Shown one piece after another: positions 57,518-64,000 of a stretch of 64,000 nt of DNA. The stretch covers positions 30,857-94,856 of the forward strand of contig CAWBNO010000013.1 in the NCBI GenBank assembly GCA_963790095.1, given 5' to 3'. The translations under genes and the position numbers were made by a program. Position 1 is the stretch's first letter; every line of letters begins with the position of its first letter. Below the pieces are notes generated by a model. It saw only the letters and a list, made by a program, of their open reading frames with translations, ran no database searches and was not told the DNA's origin. The DNA comes from an uncultured delta proteobacterium. Its GTDB lineage: Bacteria > Desulfobacterota > Desulfobacteria > Desulfobacterales > UBA11574.

Positions 57518-59038
57518 ATGTTGGGAAAATTCAGTAAATATACATTCAATTTCGGTTTTATTTTTTGGTTCGTTCTCTTGACATCGGCTTTAATCTTTTT
57601 GCCCGCCTATGATGCGTCTGCGTCGACGGAGGTGGTACTGGAGTGGACGCCAAACACCGAACCTGATTTGGCCGGCTATAAAGTATTCTGCCGGGAGGAC
57701 GGGCAATCCTATAATTATACCACCCCATCCTGGTCGGGAGCAGACAACTATTGTACCATATATGATCTGAATGAAAATAAGACTTACTGCTTTGTGGCAA
57801 GAGCGTATGACAGCGAGGGGTTCGAGAGTGGAGACTCCGAGGAAGTGTGTCACATACCGACGGTAATGCCCGGCAATCTGCCGCCTGTCGCAAATGCCGG
57901 TCCGGATCAGACCGCTGACCAAGACCAGCTTATCACCCTGAACGGATCTAATTCAACGGATCCGGATGACGGTATTGCCGCATATCATTGGGCCCAAACC
58001 GGCGGATTTCTGGTCACCCTTTCCGACGCAAACGGCCAACAGCCGACGTTTACAGCCCCGGATGTCGGGACAGAGGACGCTTCTTTGATTTTCGAGTTGA
58101 CCGTTGTCGATTACGGCGGTCTGGAGAACACGGATTCGTGTGTCGTGAATATTTCCCGGCTCAACGAGCCGCCTGACGCCCACGCCGGCACCGACCAGAC
58201 GGTGGATGAAGGGAGTGTTGTTGCCTTGGATGGAACTTCTTCACTGGACATCGATGACGGCATTGCCGCTTATTCGTGGGTCCAGATCAGCGGTCCAGCG
58301 GTCAATCTTTCAGATCCGGCTTCTTCTCAGCCCACCTTTACGGCCCCGAATGTGGAACCGGAGGGTGCGTCACTGACGTTCGATCTAACCGTAACCGACT
58401 TAGGAGGGCTCCAGGACACGGACTCAAGCATCGTCAATATCAGCCGGAAAAACGATCCTCCAACAGCAGTGGTTGCTGAAGAATACCAGGAGGTCAATCC
58501 GGGTGCGAAGGTCACATTGGACGGGTCTGGATCCATTGATGCCGATGACGGCATTGCATCGTATGTCTGGACCCAGGCGGACGGAGATCCGGTCACCTTG
58601 TCAGACCCCACATCCGCAGTAACGACTTTTTTCGCTCCTGAAACAGATGAGAATGGGAGCAATCTATCCTTCCAATTGAAGGTTAAGGATGCCGGCGGGC
58701 TTCAAAGCTCAGCCGATTGTTCGGTTTACGTAGCTCCTACCATAGACGAACCAACGGTTCCAACCGTAATGATCCAACGGTTCCTATCAATAAGCCGCCT
58801 GTCGCGGGTTTCAGTTTTAAAAGCAGCAAATTAAAAGTGACATTCACCGACGGCAGCATCGACAGCGACGGAACCATCGTGTCCTGGTTTTGGGATTTTG
58901 GCGACGGCACGACCAACACGCCACAGAATCCCAGGCACCGGTACCGTAAACCGGGTGAGTATACAATAAAACTCGAAGGTTACCGATGACAGTGGAGCCG
59001 TTGATTCCATATCGAAAAAGGTTACTGTTTCCAAGTAA
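57518..59038 (+). pseudogene. secreted Fn3 + 3x Ig-like (PKD/K319L-like) repeat + PKD-domain protein, interrupted by two compensating frameshifts
   Basis: AAGGAGA SD lies 8 nt before ATG 57518. Signal/TM segment, then an Fn3-like domain (LEWTPNTEPDLAGYKVF). Three 96-aa repeats. The terminal PKD domain (WFWDFGDGT...HRYRKPGEYTIKLEVTDDSG) can only be read by shifting frame near 58770 and back near 58976. Confidence 0.8.
57881..58744 (+). repeat. three tandem 288-nt coding repeats
   Basis: Units start at 57881, 58169 and 58457. Each encodes PP.A.AG.DQ...LDGS.S.D.DDGIA.Y.W.Q..G..V.LSD......TF.AP.....L.F.L.V.D.GGL. Confidence 0.85.
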
Positions 59039-59075
59039 CAAGTCGTTTCTATAAATTTTCGAGGAGAACTTCTCT

Positions 59076-59103
59076 GCGGGGCCGGCAATGGCCCCGCTTT
59101 TTT
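59076..59103 (+). terminator. rho-independent terminator
   Basis: GCGGGGCC/GGCCCCGC stem, 6-nt loop, TTTTTT. Confidence 0.8.
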
Positions 59104-59166
59104 AGGCGGGGAGGTTCACTTTGGTGGAAGGAGTCCTTTTTTCGATTATTACAGGCCCACTTTAGG

Positions 59167-60171
59167 CTAAAAGATCTCGATGCTCTCAGCAGGGCAGGTC
59201 ACCCAGACGTCATCGCCAATACCCATGTTGTGGCGATTGAACGATTCTTTGGAAATCAGAACATTCAGCGGTACTCCGGTATCCACGAGGGCTCGGACAT
59301 GGATGCGTTCTTCGTTGAGTTGAATGATTTTTCCCTTTACGGTATTTTCTGCCGCTGTCGGTGGATTTGGAATGAGTATCAGTGCATCGGGGGCGATGGA
59401 TATTCTCATGGGCCCCGATTTTTCGGACCGCACCTTAAATCGGAGCCCGTTGGGGAGCGTACAAAATTTGTGATCTCCGGTACCGGTTTCGATGCGGGCA
59501 CTGAAGATATTTTCATATATGGACTTTGCAACCTTTCCCTCAAGAAGAAATATGGTGTCATCCGCAAGCCTTGACGTCTGAACCACATCATGGGTGGTGA
59601 AAACCACTGAAATGCCTTTTATCTGGTTGACCTCCCGGACGATGCGTTCGATGGTGATCTGATTTTCAACATCAACACTGCTCATGGGCTCATCCAAAAG
59701 AATGACTTCCGGGGAACAGGCAAGGGCGCGCGCAATGGCCACCCGCTGAGTTTGACCGCCGGAAAGGGTTTGTGCGCCTGCATCCCTGACTGATGCCATG
59801 CCAACCAGCTCCAGCAATTCTTCGACCATTTCGCTTCTTCTTGCTTTGGGAGTGTTTCTGATCTTGAGCGGGAAATCTATATTTTTATAAACGGTCGTGG
59901 TAAAGAGGATGGGGTGCTGCTGAACAAGAACCACCTTGCGTCTCAGTTTCATCAGCCTGCCCATATTTGAATTGATGGATTCCTGCTCGAACCGGATTTC
60001 ACCGGAGGTTGGCGGCAAAAGAAACGCCAGAATTTCCAGGAGTGTCGTTTTTCCCGAACCGTTGGGGCCAAGAAGTCCGATCACCTTACCTTTTTGGAGA
60101 GACAGGCGTTTTATGTCTAAAACTGCCTGTCCGTCGTAGGCCTTGATAGTGTTCTTGAGCTGGTAGAGCAT
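59167..60171 (-). CDS. tupC: tungstate/molybdate-type ABC transporter ATP-binding protein with C-terminal TOBE-like domain
   Basis: Walker A GPNGSGKT, LSGGQ, Walker B ILLDEP. ATG 60171 lies immediately after the permease stop. Confidence 0.85.
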   Translation of the reverse strand: MLYQLKNTIKAYDGQAVLDIKRLSLQKGKVIGLLGPNGSGKTTLLEILAFLLPPTSGEIRFEQESINSNMGRLMKLRRKVVLVQQHPILFTTTVYKNIDFPLKIRNTPKARRSEMVEELLELVGMASVRDAGAQTLSGGQTQRVAIARALACSPEVILLDEPMSSVDVENQITIERIVREVNQIKGISVVFTTHDVVQTSRLADDTIFLLEGKVAKSIYENIFSARIETGTGDHKFCTLPNGLRFKVRSEKSGPMRISIAPDALILIPNPPTAAENTVKGKIIQLNEERIHVRALVDTGVPLNVLISKESFNRHNMGIGDDVWVTCPAESIEIF

Positions 60172-60172
60172 A

Positions 60173-60874
60173 CTAGTTATTTCCTCGCCCCCTGCCCTGA
60201 AAATAATTGCAAAAGATATTGACGGCAAAACTGACACTCAAGAGCACGAGTCCCAGAGCGACGCTCAACACAAATTCCCCTTTGTCATATTCCAAGGCCA
60301 TGGCCGTGGTCATGGTCCGGGTAAATCCTTTTGCGTTGCCGCCGAGCATCATGCTGATTCCCACTTCTGCGATGACTCTTCCAAACGCCATGACGACGGC
60401 GGCCGTAACAGCGAATCGCGCTTCACGGATGATGACCCATGCAGTTTGTCTGAGATTTGCGCCAAGGGTCAAGGCGGCTTTCCGGTAACGGTCGTCAAGG
60501 CGGCTCACGGCGGAGAGGGTCAGGGTGGTGACGATGGGAACGATAAGGATGACCTGACCGATGATAATCGCTTTCTGGGTATAGAGAAGGTCATAGGCGC
60601 CGAAAACACCTCTTCTGGAAATAAAAGCGTAGACAAACAAGCCGATAACCACCGTGGGCAGCGCGAGTAGGGTGTTGAGCAGGGTGATGACCAGCCGTTT
60701 TCCTCGAAACTCGGAAAAGGCGATTAAAAACCCCGAAGGAACTCCCATAAAACTTGCAATGAAGGTGGAGATGGAGCTCACTTTGAGGGAGACGCCGACG
60801 ATGACCAATAGATCATGATTCAGGGTCCAGATAAGAAGTATGGCCGAAAGAAAGCTGTCTGTCAAAAAATTCAT
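60173..60874 (-). CDS. tupB: ABC transporter permease (TupB-like)
   Basis: 233 aa, 5-6 TM, with an EAA-like loop (REARFAVTAAVVMAFGRVIAEVG). Confidence 0.85.
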   Translation of the reverse strand: MNFLTDSFLSAILLIWTLNHDLLVIVGVSLKVSSISTFIASFMGVPSGFLIAFSEFRGKRLVITLLNTLLALPTVVIGLFVYAFISRRGVFGAYDLLYTQKAIIIGQVILIVPIVTTLTLSAVSRLDDRYRKAALTLGANLRQTAWVIIREARFAVTAAVVMAFGRVIAEVGISMMLGGNAKGFTRTMTTAMALEYDKGEFVLSVALGLVLLSVSFAVNIFCNYFQGRGRGNN

Positions 60875-60977
60875 AATCGCTGCTTATATTTTCTTTGCGT
60901 TTACGCATACATGATTTTCGGTCCTGTCCGGGGCGGGACTACCCGAAGGCGAAAATATACATACACGGACAAAAACA

Positions 60978-61904
60978 CTATTCCGAAACAGGGACTGCAT
61001 CCGGGAAAAAGGCCTGCCTTCCGGAAATTTTGTATTGGCCGATGAGGGCCTGGGCCTGGGCCGATACCAGCCATCTGGCGAACCGATCCGCTGATGCAAA
61101 TTTGACATGGGGATGTTTTTTTGGGCTGACGGGGATCACGCCGTAGGGATTAAACAGTAAGGGATCCCCTTCACATAAAATCTCAAGATTAAGGCCAAGC
61201 TTTCGCCCATACTTGTATTTTAGAAATGTTCCCCGATCGGTGAGGGTATAGGCCTGTTTCTCTTCTGCAAATGTCAGGGCTTTCCCCATGCCCTGGCCGA
61301 TGGATATATAACGCTTCCCCAATCCTACGGGATACACAAAAGAAAGGGCCGCTTTCTTTCCTTTTTTTATGATCTCGGTGGCTTCGGTTTTCAGCGCCTC
61401 CCCGCTGGCTTTCCAGATGGCCTGTTCCTTGATATGGGTCCCGCTGTCATCTCCCCGGGAGATGAACGTTACCTTTGTTGCGGCAATTTTCCTGAATGCA
61501 CCGGCCGCATCCCGTATTCCCGCGATTTTCCCAGGGTCACCGGCAGGACCGACAATCACAAAGTCGTTGTGCATGACCCCCAATCGATACGCCCCATAGC
61601 CTTCAGCGATAAACGTTTCCTCCCGGGCTTTGGCATGGACAAAAATAACATCCACATTACCGTCCATACCGTCCCGGATGGCGGCCCCGGTTCCCTTGGC
61701 AAAGACTTTGACCTCAATACCGGTCTTTTTCGTAAATTCGGGCAACAGGACCTCCAGCAGTCCGGAGTTTTCCGTGCTCGTGGTCGTGGACATCTTGATT
61801 GTCTGTGATTCTCCTTTGGCCATAAAGGGAAGCAGGAGAAGGACAAAGAAAACCAGAATCGCTGGACCCATTATTTTATTCAACCCTTTGAATTTAGAGT
61901 CCAT
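60978..61904 (-). CDS. tupA: tungstate-binding periplasmic protein (TupA-like)
   Basis: Signal peptide and the TTTSTENSGL motif characteristic of TupA-type oxoanion-binding proteins. Confidence 0.85.
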   Translation of the reverse strand: MDSKFKGLNKIMGPAILVFFVLLLLPFMAKGESQTIKMSTTTSTENSGLLEVLLPEFTKKTGIEVKVFAKGTGAAIRDGMDGNVDVIFVHAKAREETFIAEGYGAYRLGVMHNDFVIVGPAGDPGKIAGIRDAAGAFRKIAATKVTFISRGDDSGTHIKEQAIWKASGEALKTEATEIIKKGKKAALSFVYPVGLGKRYISIGQGMGKALTFAEEKQAYTLTDRGTFLKYKYGRKLGLNLEILCEGDPLLFNPYGVIPVSPKKHPHVKFASADRFARWLVSAQAQALIGQYKISGRQAFFPDAVPVSE

Positions 61905-62018
61905 ATAGACACTCCCTTAACATTTTTCAGACCCAAAAAACTTTTAATCCGTATTTTAAAAAAAACTCGACCCTTTGAACGATAACGGATTTGAACCATA
62001 GATTCTTGTTTTTGCCAC

Positions 62019-62927
62019 TCATTTATGGGGGAAAACCATCTTCGAGCAGAGACTCATATCATATCCTTTCAGATCTTGAGTCAATTTCCGAATGGCGGCT
62101 TCAGGTAAAAGTCCTAAAAAGAGTTGCACGCCTTTTTCGAAAAAACGATCTTTGAGAATCAGAAAATCAAAACGTTCCCAGCGGAGGGGTATAAAATCAA
62201 GATCCAACAGACCGGCCACTGCTTCGATTCCGGGACCCGCATCCGCCCTGCCGGACAACACCTCAAGCCCCACATCCAGGTGCCGCTGAAGCTCCAGCTG
62301 GTACCCTTTGATCTGGTCTCCGATGATTTCAGCCTTTTTAAGTTCTCCGTCAAAGAGCAACCGGGTTCCGGTGCCCAAGGGCCGATTGACAATTCTTATG
62401 CCGGGTTTTCCCAAATCGGCTATTTTTTTAATCCCTTTTGGATTTCCTTTTGCCAGCAAAAGTCCCTGCTGCCGCTGGCAGAAGTTGACCACTGCCGGCA
62501 GCTGCTCCAGTTCCTCTCTGACAAAGCCGAAATTATAGTCCTCCCCGTTTTCCTGAAGCAGGTGGCTCGATGCAATATGGCAGAGATTGCGTCGGAGCGC
62601 CCGAATTCCTCCCATGCTACCCAGGTTCCCGAAGACCGCCAAATGCTCGGGATGCAGGCGATTGAACAGGGAAATCGTACGATCAAGAAGGATATCGTTG
62701 CTCCCGGTGATGATCAGAAGGCCTTGATACGGGGGTAAAGGAACCGTTGGCTTTGGAAAGTTGATGGTTTCATTTTCCAGCCACTGTTCTACCAGATACC
62801 GCGGAAAAAGCCACTTTCCCGTCACCTTGGTGGCCGGCAGCCCTTTTTCTGAAACCAGGGTATACACCATTTTTTCGTTGACCCCTAAAAACTGGGCCAC
62901 CTCTTTGGTCGATAAAAACTTTTTCAT
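62019..62927 (-). CDS. HTH (excisionase/MerR-like) + periplasmic-binding-protein-like domain regulator, TunR-like candidate tungstate/molybdate-responsive regulator
   Basis: MKKFLSTKEVAQFLGVNEKMVYTLVSEKGLPATKVTGKWLF is HTH_17-like. The C-terminal PBP-like domain follows. It lies immediately upstream of tupABC on the same strand. Confidence 0.75.
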   Translation of the reverse strand: MKKFLSTKEVAQFLGVNEKMVYTLVSEKGLPATKVTGKWLFPRYLVEQWLENETINFPKPTVPLPPYQGLLIITGSNDILLDRTISLFNRLHPEHLAVFGNLGSMGGIRALRRNLCHIASSHLLQENGEDYNFGFVREELEQLPAVVNFCQRQQGLLLAKGNPKGIKKIADLGKPGIRIVNRPLGTGTRLLFDGELKKAEIIGDQIKGYQLELQRHLDVGLEVLSGRADAGPGIEAVAGLLDLDFIPLRWERFDFLILKDRFFEKGVQLFLGLLPEAAIRKLTQDLKGYDMSLCSKMVFPHK

Positions 62928-63379
62928 TTTGTTTTGCCTTCTTTCATTTTGATTGTAACTTTTTGATGAGATATTCCCAGATATAGTGTCCATATTGGTA
63001 TCTGTCAATATTTATTAAACAAACAATTTGAGCTTATATTAACCGATAATAACCTCAATATGGCCTTGTTGCCGCTATTTCTGCTTAATTTTCTCGTCCC
63101 ATCTTCGGCGAGACCCGTCGGATAGCTGATATATGTCCATGGGCTCAAAACATCCCTTGAAATTGTGGTTGGGTGGATCTGGAAAACTGTCTTTTATTGT
63201 CGCTATTGATAATTCAGAGTTATTAATCAGCAAGTAAAATATAACATCAAGAAAATATTGACATTTAATTACTTATGGGTTGTTTGCAGGTTGGATTTTG
63301 TGTGAGATTTATACCTCAAATGTTCGGAATTTAGTCGGGTGTTTATGTCTATTATAATTCGAGTTGGCGGAGGTGACGG

Positions 63380-63745
63380 ATGAAAAAAGATTTAATTGGC
63401 GTTTTGATTTTTCTGATGATGGGAATATGCCTGGGTTTTCCACCCAGCGGATTTTCAGAAACGGAAACACAATGGACGGAAGAATACACCCTGGGAGAGG
63501 TCGTGGTTTCCGGCGAACGGGAGGGTGTGGAGTCTATCGGTACGGTGCGGGAAATCATCGCCGAAGATATCAACAGGCGGCGTGTACAAACTCTGGATCA
63601 GGCCTTGGAACTGCTTCCAGGGTTGGACATCCGAACTGCAACCGACGGTATTGCACGGGTCGATCTGAGGGGTTATCGTTCACGGCACGTAATGCTGCTG
63701 CTGGATGGAATTCCCTTTTTGAAGTATGATATCACAACCAATTGA
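63380..63745 (+). pseudogene. TonB-dependent receptor, plug-domain fragment only (truncated after 121 codons)
   Basis: Signal peptide plus plug-domain motifs (LGEVVVSG, LDQALELLPGLD, VDLRGYRSRHVMLLLDGIP), then a stop. There is no beta-barrel sequence downstream. Confidence 0.7.
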
Positions 63746-63814
63746 ACCAACTTCAAAATTCAAGATACATTGATACATGCAATAGTATTAAAAGGCAAAA
63801 TTACAATCTATGGA

Positions 63815-63851
63815 AATAAAAAAGGCAGAGCCGAATGACCCTGCCTTTTTG
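63815..63851. terminator. bidirectional rho-independent terminator
   Basis: AAAAAGGCAG/CTGCCTTTTT 10-bp stem flanked by A-run and T-run. Confidence 0.75.
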
Positions 63852-63864
63852 TTGAATAAATTAT

Positions 63865-64000
63865 TCATCCGCCTCGCTGTTGAGTTGTTTGGCCTCCTCC
63901 GCCAGTGCCTGTACTACCTTGTCCCTTGCTGCCATGATTTTGGTCACCACCAGCAAAAGCAAACGCTGTAAACGATACAAAGATTACCAAGGTCAAAAAA
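63865..64000 (-). CDS. C-terminal part of a small Gly/Gln-rich secreted or membrane protein (start outside the window)
   Basis: The minus strand reads ...FLTLVIFVSFTAFAFAGGDQNHGSKGQGSTGTGGGGQTTQQRGG*, followed by the terminator. Confidence 0.3.
   Translation of the reverse strand, partial: FLTLVIFVSFTAFAFAGGDQNHGSKGQGSTGTGGGGQTTQQRGG

Noticed and set aside
61905-62018. Moco/Wco riboswitch upstream of tupA or AOR
   Set aside because: The 114-nt tupA leader is too short and too AT-rich for the ~140-nt Moco RNA fold. No conserved Moco-motif stems could be drawn there or upstream of AOR.

Overview
This 64-kb window looks chromosomal. The gene content suggests an anaerobic, Desulfobacterota-like bacterium, but that is inference from gene content only. 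About 55 protein genes are supportable.

Main gene blocks:
- Housekeeping genes: nadA, a YebC-family gene, rlmE, radA, a HisJ-type phosphatase, a lytic transglycosylase, tRNA-Glu(CUC) and dinB.
- A tungsten module split in two: aldehyde:ferredoxin oxidoreductase at 22-24 kb, and a TunR-like regulator with tupABC at 59-63 kb.
- A five-gene glycogen cluster at 26.7-38 kb, including a 1434-aa fused GH13 + amylo-1,6-glucosidase debranching enzyme.
- An HME-RND (CusCBA-like) efflux operon. It has a textbook sigma54 promoter and a divergent ZraSR-like two-component system. A second, broken paralogous two-component system lies at 4.7-7.8 kb.

Observations most worth a second look:
1. A ~270-nt highly structured imperfect-palindrome element occurs three times. 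Each copy lies upstream of, and co-oriented with, a gene. Its stem mismatches resolve to G-U pairs on one strand only.
2. A PD-(D/E)xK-like nuclease ORF and a STAND-type P-loop NTPase ORF overlap out of frame at a G6 run. This is a candidate single defence-type protein.
3. A perfect 29-bp inverted repeat brackets a 1.9-kb segment carrying dinB. Two hairpin repeats in that segment differ by a compensatory base-pair change.
4. There are several further intergenic palindromic repeat families.
5. Frameshift-type gene disruptions are unusually dense (at least six). This could be real decay or indel errors in the assembly.

No CRISPR array, rRNA, transposase or integrase was seen.
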